Notes: generated from the sequence alone by a model not told the origin. A stretch of DNA of 62,798 nt, filler included, from Octopus bimaculoides (GCF_001194135.2; 4 parts of 4 records of this genome joined end to end with filler, not necessarily neighbours in it), one strand, 5' to 3'; shown: positions 49,271 through 60,703, counted from the whole stretch's first letter. Program-made: numbers and translations.

Positions 49271-49892
49271 TTCTTGAGTAGATAAGATATTCTTGCCAGA
49301 TAAGAGATATTATCACAGGACAAATACTGCAATAACTAAGCCTCTCAACAGTGTGTATACATTAAATACGATATATAGATGGCTATTTTTTTAATTAATT
49401 AAAAAAGAAAATACAGAATTTATTTTTTTAAAGGTAAATCAAGCAGGGTGGGGTGAATTTACAATAGAAAATACAAAGTTTTTTTTTTTACATCAGCTTA
49501 AGGTCACAAATTTGTGGGAAGAGGTTTGCTGAATATATCAACCACAATACTTGACTGGTAAATATATTGTATCAACTCTGGAAAGATGAAAAGCAAAGTT
49601 CAAATTGGAAAGATTTGAAATCAAAATATTAAAAGCCAAGACAAATATAAGGCACATTGGAATCCTTATGATTTTGTCAATTCATATATTTCATCATCAT
49701 TTTAAAATCTACTTTTCCATACTTGCATGGGTTGAAGTAGATTTTCCTAATGGCCAGATGCTTTTCCAGTCACCAAAAATTACCTATTTACAAGCAAGGT
49801 AATATTTCACTATGGCCAAACATATGATATCAAAACAAGGATCACAAACACACACATTTGTGTGTGTGTGTGTGTATATATGTATATGTGTG

Positions 49893-49968
<76 letters not shown>

Positions 49969-50644
49969 CAGAGACACCCGACATTGCTCAAGATTAAAAA
50001 TGGTATAGATTGTATATATATATATTATAGTTATGTTGAAACTGGTGATCTGGGAAAGTGCAGCATTGGCGACAAAACAATGGGCTAATACGAGTAACCA
50101 ACATGTCGTGCATCCATTTTGAGTATTCCAGGCCCTAACTTGTCATGGAAAATTGGGGGTGGGGGGATATACCTTTGCTGATCTTGAGAAAGTTTCATCT
50201 CCCTTCTCTATTGAAACTTCATTAATTCAAGGGTAAATATGTAATTGTAAATACCTTGCAACTGCTGCAATAATTATGAATTGGTAATTGAACAGTAAAT
50301 GTGTATTTTTATATACCATGGACCTCCCACCATTCATTATGTCAGTCAACACACATACACTGACACACCATTCCACTGTCATGCGGTAATATTGTTGTTC
50401 ATATTAAGATATAAGAATAAAAGTGTAACAATATTATAGACTTAGAATGAGAAGTGAAAGAGTAAAAGTGAATCAATATTATATGACATTACAATATAGA
50501 TCTTATTCTTTCACTTTTGACACGTAATACTGAACCACTGCCAATGTTATATTTTAATCCAAATGAAATAAAAAATTTACTGAACCAACTATAGAAGGGG
50601 AAAAAAAGTAAAAACAAGTGGCGATGGAGACAGATATAAATATT

Positions 50645-51483
50645 GAGAGAAAAGCTGAACATAAGAAGCATCAGTAGTGGTGTGCAAGAGAGACGATTGC
50701 GCTGGTTTGGACATGTGGTGAGAATGAATGAGGATAGCTGCATGAAAAAGTGCCACTCCCTAACAGTTGAGGGAACCCGTGGAAGAGGTAGGCCCAGGAA
50801 GACCTGGGCTGAGGTGGTGAGGCAAGACCTTCGAACATTGGGCCTCACCGAGGCGATGACTACTGACCGAGACCTTTGGAAATGTGCTGTGCGTGAGAAG
50901 ACCCGGCAAGCCAAGTGAGATCGTTGCCAGTGCCCCTGGACTGGCTCTTGTGCGGGTAATAAAAGACACCATTTCGAGCGTGGCCGTTTTCGTGCGGGTG
51001 ACACGTAAAAGCACCCACTACACTCTCTGAGTGGTTGGCGTTAGGAAGGGCATCCAGCTGTAGAAACTCTGCCAAATTAGATTGGAGCCTGGTGTAGCCA
51101 TCCGGTTGCACCAGTCCTCAGTNNNNNNNNNNCTGGCTCTTGTGCGGGTGGCACATAAGATGTACCATCCTGAGCGTGACCGTTGCCAGTACCGCCTGAC
51201 TGGCCTTGTAGGGTTTTCGAGCGAGATCGTTGCCAGTGCCCCTGGACTGGCTCTTGTGCGGGTAATAAAAGACACCATTTCGAGCGTGGCCGTTTTCGTG
51301 CGGGTGACACGTAAAAGCACCCACTACACTCTCTGAGTGGTTGGCGTTAGGAAGGGCATCCAGCTGTAGAAACTCTGCCAAATTAGATTGGAGCCTGGTG
51401 TAGCCATCCGGTTGCACCAGTCCTCAGTCAAATCATCCAACCCATGCTAGCATGGAAAGCGGACGTTAAACGATGATGATGAT
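50645..51483 (+). mobile_element. 5'-truncated RTE LINE: ORF2 C-terminus + 3' UTR + (GAT)n tail
   Basis: REKLNIRSI...RRLRWFGHVVRM...RGRGRPRKTWAEVV..DL (classic RTE end, stop at 50918). The UTR has an internal duplication across a 10-N gap and ends ggacgttaaacgatgatgat. Confidence 0.92.
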
Positions 51484-51599
51484 GATAATATTAAATGATA
51501 TTATTTCTGTAATTGTTACTATTATTGCTATAATAAATTTAAAAATAAATTAAATATTATCATTGTTACTATTATTGTTATTGTCTCAAGTTAAAGGTA

Positions 51600-53846
51600 G
51601 ATACTAATCTGGTTGAATGTCCATACCACTTGTAAGGCGGACATCCACCAGAGAGAATGTCAAGGTGAAAAAATAAGAATAATAACTAAAAACTAAAACT
51701 AGTAAGAAGGATGAAACTAACGATAAGAAATGAAGGTGTGTTTCCTCCAATGCTGGCGTCGATGCGCTCTCTGTGTTATCTGGTTTACTAGATAATTCTT
51801 GGAGAACAGAATATGGAAAAGCTCCAAGTTACAAAGAGGACAAAAACCTTACCTTTGTCGTAGGGAATTGAGATAGCCATTATTGACCATTCCAAAGAGA
51901 ATTGTTTATTGCAATCTTTCAGTTTCCAGATTAATTTACTTACGCCAGTACTATTAACTTTATTTCTATCACTAAAAGAAGAATAATGATTGGAGATTCT
52001 CTTGGAGACCTGCGTCGAGGAGCTACCTACATAATGCCAGACGTCTGTGTTAGTCATTACCTTACATTGGTAAGCTACATTCTTGGCCTTGGCATTCGCA
52101 CTTAAAAACTTAATTCTATTAGAATTAGATTCTGAGATACTAATCTTATTGTTGATACAGAGATTGTTATATTTACTAATATTGTACTTATTACCTATAT
52201 TTTTACCTAAATGACTATTGCCATCATATGAGTGTGTTAAATTACTGGAGAAATTATTATTATTATTGTTATAAACATTACTATTATTATCATCATAATA
52301 GGATGGCTGACTAGAGATGAATCTAGAAGTCTAAAATTATGGGAAGATATTATCTGTAACAAATTTTTAGTATTAGAGAACCCAAATCTAACCTTATGTA
52401 TGTTGATTATTGGGTAATAGCGAGAACCCCTAGGAAAGTTCCTATTCACTGTGTCTCAGAACTGCCAGACCAAATTGGATTTAACTTGTTTCCCGAACGG
52501 GTGGATGAGCCAGATATTATCATCAGATCTAGTTACAGTGTTAGTGTAGTTGAATAAATTAAGTTTTTTGTTTTTATTAAGGTGTTCAGAGCCAGTTAGG
52601 CCTCCTCCCTTATATGAATGATTATAAGCATGTGCCACTTTCTCAGTAAAGTGAGAAGAATGGGAAGAAATAGAAATGGGTTTATCCCCACTAGTACAGG
52701 GGATGTCATGCTGTGCAAAAGACGAAAGATCACTAAAAGAGTTGATGTATCTTACTTTGTCTTTGTAACCTGCCTTCAGTAAGGCTGAATTGTAAAAGTC
52801 AGCCTCCTTATTGAAAATGTGGGAGTTAGAGGAAAGTTTAGAAAGTCTTATTGAGATACTCTTAACCAAATTACTAGTTATATACCTTAGATGGTTACTA
52901 AAAGGGCTTATGTACTTAAGATTAGTTGATGGTTTATGGAAAGTAAAGTGTGTATTACTATGTAAGTGTAAAGTTATGTCTAGAAAGTTTGCTACAGAGA
53001 CCTCATCCTCAAAAACGATGCCAAAACCCATTCTCCTGAAGAATCTAGCTAACCTATTTTTAACCTTTTGTATACACTGGGCAGAGGCATTATGGAAATA
53101 TAGCAGACAATCGTCCTTGTATAGACCTCCATTTATGTTAGGGAACTGGTCTGCCATTTCATATAATATATTATAACAATAATAGTAACAATTACAGGAA
53201 TAATATCATTTAATATTATCTTAAATAATATTTATATCTGTCTCCATCGCCACTTGTTTTTATTTTTTTCCCCTTCTATAGCTGGTTCAGTAAATTCTTC
53301 CCAGTAATGCTACATTAGTTGAATTTGAAACATAATCGTAACTTTAATTAAATATTTCCAATCTTGTCCTTGTAAGCATGTATATTATTATTATTATTAT
53401 TTCATAACAAGATATTTTGTACATTGCATTACCATTTATTTGGGTTAATATTCATATTTTAATATAATACAATGCTATGGATGTTTTATTTATTAAATTT
53501 ACAATCTTCGCTAAGTTTTAACTCTGTATAATAATTTGTTTACATAAGGAGAAATAATTATATATAATGAATTCATTGGATTCTCTCTCTTCCTCCTTCT
53601 CTCGTTTTAGTTTCCCATTTTTTGAACTTTTGATTTTACTGTGGTCCATTATGCCTTCCTCTAATTTAAACTTTTAGTATAGCGTTCACAGCCTCTCTCC
53701 CTTAATAACTCTCTGTAAACCAGCGTTCTTGTTTCTAACGGTCATTTACTTAGCTATATAATGTTATAACTCATACACAACCTTAGCATTTAGTACATGT
53801 CTTGCTTTTGTAAGTCGGTTCCCTGACAATGAATTTATGTGCAATT
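51600..53846 (-). mobile_element. Decayed Penelope-like element (N-term remnant, RT, linker, GIY-YIG)
   Basis: GGLYKDDCLLYF, NFLDITLHL..FHKPST.LKYI..SNH, RNFPRGSRYYPIINIHKVRFGFSNTKNLLQIISSHN, HYVGSSSTQVSKRISNHYSSF..STGVSKLIWKLK...EWSI. Confidence 0.88.
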
Positions 53847-54219
53847 CCAGCACCTCTTACTTCTTAGGAGTAGAGTGCACATATATTTTGAAACATATGT
53901 AGGAATTAAAGGAACTTATTGTTTATATGTGTTTTTCTCCATTTATTATTCTTCATAATAATAGATACATAGAGGATTATTTATATACTAATTGCACATA
54001 AATTCATTGTCAGGGAACCAACTTACAAAAGCAAGACATGCGTTAAATGCTAAGGTTGGGTATGAGTTATAACATTATATAGCTAAGTAAATGACCGTTA
54101 GAAACAAGAACGCTGGTTTACAGAGAGTTATTAAGGGAGAGAGGCTGTGAACGCTATACTAAAAGTTTAAATTAGAGGAAGGCATAATGGACCACAGTAA
54201 AATCCAAAAATCAAAAGTT
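53625..54219. repeat. Long inverted repeat, ~222-bp arms with ~143-bp spacer
   Basis: 53625-53846 is the near-perfect reverse complement of 53990-54219, with a few substitutions and one 7-nt insertion. Confidence 0.92.
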
Positions 54220-54455
54220 TATTCTACTACTAATAATGTTGCTAATATTATCTCTTCTTTTAATAGATTTAAGTTAAATAAGTATTATAAATTTAAATTT
54301 AATAATTATTCTAATAATAATAATAATAATAATGTTGACCAGGATATAATTAATTGTACATGTTTGGATAAAACTAAATGTAATTTTAATAATAAATGTA
54401 ATTTGAAAGATGTAGCGTATAAATGTATAGTGAAGTTATTGAATGGGAATAAACA
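54220..54455 (+). mobile_element. Penelope linker fragment in opposite orientation
   Basis: NVANIISSFN...NCTCLDKTKCNFNNKCNLKDVAYKCIV is the IISSHN / CxC..C..C..VxY linker preceding GIY-YIG. Cut by a SINE at 54458. Confidence 0.7.
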
Positions 54456-54457
54456 TA

Positions 54458-54638
54458 GGCGCAGGTGTGGCTGTGTGGTAAGTAGCTTGCTTACCAACCA
54501 CATGGTTCTGGGTTTAGTCCCACTGCGTGGCACCTTGGGCAAGTGTCTTCTACTATAGCCTTGGGTCAACCAAAGCCTTGTGAGTGGATTTGGTAGACGG
54601 AAACTGAAAGAAGCCTGTCGTATATATGTATATATATA
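54458..54638 (+). mobile_element. tRNA-derived SINE family A, 5' half (well preserved)
   Basis: ggcgcaggtgtggctgtgtggtaagtagcttgcttaccaaccacatggttctgggtttagtcccactgcgtggcaccttgggcaagtg...gacggaaactgaaagaagcctgtcg(ta)n. Confidence 0.88.
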
Positions 54639-54738
54639 NNNNNNNNNNNNNNNNNNNNNNNNNNNNNNNNNNNNNNNNNNNNTTAATTAATTAANNNNNN
54701 NNNNNNNNNNNNNNNNNNNNNNNNNNNNNNNNNNNNNN
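54639..54738. other. 100-bp placeholder gap (44 N + TTAATTAATTAA + 44 N)
   Basis: Same construction as the other two placeholder gaps. Confidence 0.9.
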
Positions 54739-54930
54739 ATATTTAACAAAAACATCTTTAAATGATGATCTGACCGTCTTCCAAGCAGATGGGAAGCAGT
54801 AATTGAAGTAGATGGTAAATATGCTCCGGAATAATCATTTAAGAATGTTTTTGTTACATGTTGTTATTGCTTTTGTTGATTAAAATTTGTTTTAAAAAAA
54901 AAAAAGCCGCAATAATTATGCACCAACCTA

Positions 54931-54971
<41 letters not shown>

Positions 54972-55749
54972 GACAGACTAAATTCAAACTGCTGTAAAAT
55001 ATTAATGTTATCTTTATAAGCTAAACATTTCGATGGAACAACACATAAATCAGTTGATAAATTGAAACCCTTCAATAAAGGAATTAATTACACCTAATTT
55101 GTTAGCATCAACAGAGAATAATATTTATATATCCATAATTGAATTTCTCTTATCACCCCTTGTTGATGTTTTTTTCATGTCATTGCCGAAACTTGATCGT
55201 TGATCCTATAAATCAAATTCTCTAAAATAACACTCTTCAGTTCTAACCCATTTTCCTCACCTAAAATAGGATTGGAGAATCATGTGAGAAAAGTGATATT
55301 AAATCTCAGAAATTACTCTAAATAAATAATCTCCAGAAACTTCTTATTTACAGAAACACAAAGGACATATTATTTTTAATTTTTTTCTTTTTTTCTTTTA
55401 GATTCTATTTTTACATTTTCTGGACAAATTTCGTTTTAACAAATTTCGTTATACAACGTGCTAGCTTTGCTATATTGCACAGACGTACTTGTACACACAC
55501 ACACACACACTTGAGCAACTATGCATCATTTCATGTGCATATCATAAAGATGGTAGCAATGTGAAGGCAAATGCTCGGATGAAATCTGAGAACTTTCAGG
55601 GCAAGAAACCAGGAAACTATGCTGGTCCTATGGGGGACATTTGCTGTCAGTTGTCGGACTGCTGCTCTTAACAAGGATCAATCCACAGCGTTAATTTAAT
55701 ACCGGAACTTAAGGCAGTTCAGTGGTACTATATCAAGAAGCTTTAAAGC

Positions 55750-55865
55750 GTCGAACTGGCAGAAACGTTAACACGCCGGTCGAAATGCTCAGCGCTATTT
55801 CGTCTGCCGTTACATTCTGAGTTCAAATTCCGCTGAGGTCGACTTTGCCTTTCATTCTTTCGGGC
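55750..55865 (+). mobile_element. SINE family B, 5' part
   Basis: gaactggcagaaacgttaacacgccggtcgaaatgctcagcgctatttcgtctgccgttacattctgagttcaaattccgctgaggtcgactttgcctttc. Confidence 0.8.
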
Positions 55866-55869
55866 ATTT

Positions 55870-56117
55870 TTTTAAACAAATTTTATTCAAGAGTAAACAA
55901 GAGAGATAGAGACAGGCAGAGACAAGGAAAATACCACTTGTATTTGAATACTATGCAAATATTCTTTTAAAAACTTTTCATTTAATGCTTCCAAAATTTA
56001 ATTTTTCCAAAATTTAATTGTTTTACATGCTTACAGTTGAAGAAGTCTCAATGTCTGAAACCGGTACTGAAATGTTTTTTATAAAATTATTTTAGTATTT
56101 CCTACCTTGACTTTTTT

Positions 56118-56120
<3 letters not shown>
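55870..56120 (+). mobile_element. Solo Penelope pLTR-like segment with hammerhead motif
   Basis: Homologous to 38390-38565 (aaggaaaat.cc.ct..tatttgaatac...acttttcatt...ccaaaattt...acagttgaa...gaaaccggtactgaaatgttttttataaa). Confidence 0.8.
56034..56069 (+). ncRNA. Minimal hammerhead motif, U3.G8 variant
   Basis: CAG-TTGAAGA-AGTC TCAAT GTCT-GAAA-CCGG-TA-CTG; helix II has one mismatch. Confidence 0.5.
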
Positions 56121-56172
<52 letters not shown>

Positions 56173-56421
56173 TAAAATACTAGGTCTGCTATGTACCTAT
56201 AGTGCATAATCTATCTATCTATCTCTATATGTGTGTGTGTATGTATGTATGTATGTATGTATGTAGATAGCTAGCTAGACCATAGAGAAATGTCAGTTAT
56301 TCGTCGGTGGGGCACATGTATAAACAAACATTGAGTATTGCCGTTGTGAATGGAATCGACCGATATCAAGATAACCGGGAATAACAAATGTTTAATTCCC
56401 GTGAGAATACGCAACATTTAC

Positions 56422-56533
56422 CTCCACTGATAGACCAACCTGAAGGCATTGCAGAATTGACAGACCACGTGATTAACACGTGACTAACTGTAAGAAGAAG
56501 GAGGTTTGTAACGAGATTTTCCATTGTCGTCAT
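56422..56533 (-). CDS. Candidate first coding exon encoding a signal peptide (unknown secreted or membrane protein)
   Basis: ATG at 56533 gives MTTMENLVTNLLLLTVSHVLITWSVNSAMPSGWSISG, then phase-1 donor GAG|gtaaat. Hydrophobic core and VNS-A cleavage-like site; GC box ccccgccc ~45 bp upstream. No downstream exon identified. Confidence 0.3.
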
Positions 56534-56689
56534 CACAGGCTGAGTGTGTGAGAGCTTTGAGAGAGGGAAGAAGGGCGGGGAAAAAGAGAGTCCGTATAAC
56601 AACCAGCCTCTAGTCACGGCTCCGGTGTTAATGCTAGTGATTTCAACACGAATAACATCTGTAACAACAACAATAATAATGATGATTTT

Positions 56690-57210
56690 AAATTTTGGCA
56701 CAAGGCCAGCAATTTCGGAGGGGAGGATAAGTCCGACCTCGGAGGAATTTGAACTCAGAACGTAAAGACGGATGGAATGCCGCTAAGCATTTAGTCCGGT
56801 GTGCTAATGATTCTACAAGATCGCCGCCTTAATAACAACAATAATAATCCTTTCTGATGTAGGCACAAGGCCTGAAATTTGGAGAAAGAGAACTAGTCGA
56901 TTAGATCGACCCCAGTGTTCCACTGGTACTTAGTTTATCGACCCCGAAAGGATGAAAGGCAAAGTCGACCTCGGTGGAATTTGGACTCAGAACATGAAGA
57001 CGGACGAAATACCGCTAAGCATTTCGTCCGGCGTGCTAACTCACTGCCTTAAACAACAATAATAATAATAATCTTTTCTACTCTAGGCACAAGGCCTGAA
57101 ATTTTGGAGGAGAAGACCAATCGATTAGAGCGACCCCAGTACGACACCGAAAGGATGAAAGGCAAAGTCGACCTCGGCGGAATTTGAAATCAGAACTTAG
57201 CGACGGCCTT
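56690..57210 (-). mobile_element. SINE family B, three tandem copies separated by (AAT/AAC)n
   Basis: Three repeats of ggcacaaggcc...aaattt...gaaaggcaaagtcgacctcgg.ggaatttg..ctcagaac. Confidence 0.85.
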
Positions 57211-57219
57211 AAGCAATAC

Positions 57220-57276
<57 letters not shown>

Positions 57277-57682
57277 AACTGATACTCACTACTGCCATCT
57301 GCAGGCTACAGCTGCAACAGGGGCACTTGCCCATATTAAAGAACGGTTGGGTTTCCAGGCTGCCCCATTTTTTTTTCTTATTGGTTTCCTTCTATTTATT
57401 TTCTTATTCGCCACCGATTTTCTCTTATTTCAGTTTTATAATTTTCTTCCCACAGAAACTGTTTGTAGCTTTGTTTATGTTGACAATTGCTTTTGCTCTG
57501 TGTGTGTGTGTGTATGTGTGTGTGTATGTGTATGTGTGTGTGTGTGTGTATTTTGTATGGATGTGTATGTATACATGTATGCGTATATATGTGTACATAT
57601 ATGCGTGTCCCCAGCTTACATTTTCTCTTTATATCTCCGTGCCAAAAACAAAATGGCTTCTATTATTGTATTTATATTATTA

Positions 57683-57900
57683 AGGCGTCGAGCTGGCAGA
57701 ATCGTTTATGCACCGGACAAAACGCATAGCGACATTTCTTTCGGTTCTTTACTTTCTGAGTTCAAATTCTGCCGAGGGCAACCTTGCCTTTCTTCCTTTC
57801 AGGGTCCATAAAATAAGTACCAGTTAAACACTGGGGTCGATGTAATCGAGTTTCCCCACCACACAAAATTACTGGCCTTGTACCAAAATTAGAAAGAATT
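57683..57900 (+). mobile_element. SINE family B
   Basis: ggcgtcgagctggcagaatcgttt...ctgagttcaaattctgccgagg...aataagtaccagttaaacactggggtcgatgtaatcga. Confidence 0.8.
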
Positions 57901-58133
57901 ATTTTATGTATTTTTCATACATATGTGTATGAAAATATAATTTGATTTTTTAAACATCGAATGGCTATGGGGTCCAGTAGAATAAACTAGAGACCAAAAG
58001 GGTTCATAGGTAAAAATGGTTGAGAAACACTGGTGTAGACGAAAGCCAGTTAATTTATTCTTATCGGTGAAGTAAAGACACTTGATTGTGCATTCAGTTT
58101 TTCACATACCCTTTACGACGCTGCAGTCAGTGA

Positions 58134-58170
<37 letters not shown>

Positions 58171-58899
58171 AGCATTGACCCTAATTTGTAATATATTGAA
58201 GCTGATTATTTTGCAAATTTATCGAAAACCTTACGGTTCGCTTTCGTATTTTTTATAGCTTTGGTTTCTCTTTCATCTCTCCTCTTTTCATATTAATTGC
58301 AACAGTAACAAAGAAATATAAACATCAAAATAAAAACCATTTGCTGAAAATACGAAATAGTGTGCTATACAAACGCCAAGGGAAGTAGGAAATTATTCAA
58401 AAATGTAAATAAAAAACAAAGTTAGTTGAAAGAATTGGTATTTTTCACCAAAATATCTCGAGATCATTGAGAATTGTGGAGAAAATTTTGACATTTTGGA
58501 AGGCATTTAGAATTAATTCTCACACATCAGACACATGTGTGAGAATATTCTTACTCTATTTTCTTGAACTTGAATGGCAAAGAAATAGAAGCAGAAGAAA
58601 TGTAATGTATCAAGCCAAAGAAGATATACTTAGATAACATCTAACAATGTTTAACAATTACATACACAAAATATAAACAAGGAGGCAAAAGGAATGGGTA
58701 AGAAAAGCGAAATGTGGAGCTACAGAAACAAGTAAGAATTTGGCATTAACGCTAGATGTTTTGCAAACAACTCGCACATGCAAGTGCTACCAGTCGAGAA
58801 CTCCGCATACCGGAAGCTAGCAAGTGTATGGGGTCATCAGGAGAGAATGCACGCTGTTTCGGAGCCTACCTTTCGACGGCATCAATGCGCACCGCCCCC

Positions 58900-59245
58900 C
58901 ACCTCACTGATATGAGGCCCCGCTTCCTAGGTCAACTAACCAAATCCAATGGCTAGCCTTCCCCACTGCAGTTTGGGTATCACTCATGGTGGTATTTACT
59001 TTACGATGAGTTAGGCCTAACGATAACAAGAGTCGTTTCACACTGTGTCCAACAAACCCTCTACATCCGACTTCGATTGGAAAATGCTCCGTTTTCCAGC
59101 CTGCGTCTTCACATTCCTCGAGGAGGTTTACATAACGGTCAATCTTTCGAGCCCAAGCAGCGTTCAAGTTATCTTCATGAAGAACCGTTAATTCGATTAG
59201 ATTCACAACTTTCTTTACTTTACACCACATTAAAATGTCCGTTTT
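58900..59245 (-). mobile_element. HERO/R2-type non-LTR element, restriction-like endonuclease C-terminus
   Basis: TDILMWCKVKKVVNLIELTVLHEDNLNAAWARKIDRY..L..ECEDAGWKTEHFPIEVGCRGFVGHS...ASHWIWL shows the PD..E.T..RK...Y and PxEVGCRGF motifs characteristic of HERO-clade RLE. Confidence 0.85.
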
Positions 59246-59859
59246 TTTTTTTCGTCATTATTTTCGTATACATTCGTTGCTTTCTTCCAAGGAATCTAAT
59301 GCTCTTAGCTTAGTTTTTCCTTGGGGCTGACCAGATTGCNNNNNNNNNNNNNNNNNNNNNNNNNNNNNNNNNNNNNNNNNNNNNNNNNNNNNNNNNNNNN
59401 NNNNNNNNNNNNNNNNNNNNNNNNNNNNNNNNNNNNNNNNNNNNNNNNNNNNNNNNNNNNTAAAATCTTGCATCCCTGCCGTAATGCTTTATTTCCACAC
59501 ACGCCAGTTTAATTTAATTCGTCCTTAGTCGAAAGACACCTGTTGTTATGTCCTGTTATTTGTATTTGTGTAACATTCTCCGTTTTTTTTTTTCGTCATT
59601 ATTTTCGTATACATTCGTTGCTTTCTTCCAAGGAATCTAATGCTCTTAGCTTAGTTTTTCCTTGGGGCTGACCAGATTGCAGCAATCTCGAGTATAACCA
59701 TCCGAAATTGCAAAGATAATCTGGATCTCGACTGAAGAGAGAAAACTCCGAATGACCTGTCCTTGTTTTCTGTGTATCATCTATCTGGATGTTTTGTTGT
59801 CCCTTTTTTGTATCACCTAACTGTCTGGATATTTTGCGTTCTTGTCCCATTTTGTATTT

Positions 59860-59860
<1 letters not shown>
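59232..59860. repeat. Interspersed repeat (pLTR-like) with ~105 bp duplicated across a gap
   Basis: 59240-59339 is repeated at ~59582-59688 on the other side of an N gap; ends in (TA)n. Confidence 0.55.
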
Positions 59861-59894
<34 letters not shown>

Positions 59895-60666
59895 CTTTTA
59901 TTTTCACTCCCCGATTGTTCCCTCTCGTTATCCCCTTTCTTATGTTTCTAGTGCTATTTATATAGGAGTAAACACACAAACACTCGTATATGTCAAACGT
60001 TTTATATTCACGTATATACTCTGTGTGTATGTGTGTGTGCGCGCGCGCGTGTGTTTGTGTGTGTACGTGTGTGCGCGCGCGTGCGCGCGTTTGTGTGTGT
60101 GTGTGTGTGTGTGTGTACACAGATTGTTATGCATTTCTGTCTGGTAATATATACTTACACAGAAGCAGTTACACACTCAAAGATCTAAACGTGTTTAAAT
60201 GTTAAGAACTATGTATACGTGTATGTATGCGTGTACAAACATACATTACATACATACATAAATACATACAGACACACACACACTCACAGACGAATATAAA
60301 TATATGAATGCGCCACATGTGACTGCGTGTGTGCGTACACGCATATCTTCTGAATATATCAACGAAAAAGAAAAAAGAAAAAGAAAGACTGTTATTTGAA
60401 GGAGAGAAATTCGAAAACTATGCCAGTTGTCCTAGAGAATGTTTACATGCTGTTGCTGAGCGAACATATAGCTACATAACAGCCTAAACGTTGAGGAACG
60501 TATCACATCTTGTCATTCTGATCTCTAGATTAACATATTATCAAAAGATCTTTGTGGAGCATACGAGACATAACACAAGTATTGCTAACCGAGAAAGCAG
60601 CAGCTCTGTTGCTGGAGGAGAGCCGGACACACTGAAATTTATTTATTTATTTATTTTTATATCAAT

Positions 60667-60703
<37 letters not shown>

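Noticed and set aside
49745-49800. Minus-strand atttttggtgactggaaaag resembling TBP IF.TGK after an AG
   Set aside because: No frame yields the TBP/TRF2 motif, and there is no phase-1 donor to match the 48317 acceptor.
59240-59690. ~100-bp direct duplication
   Set aside because: The copies flank an N gap and are essentially identical; typical unmerged contig overlap.
59725-59765. CTGAAGA-GAG AAAA CTC-CGAATGAC hammerhead-like motif
   Set aside because: GAAA core broken and helices I/III not recoverable; too degenerate to call from one copy.
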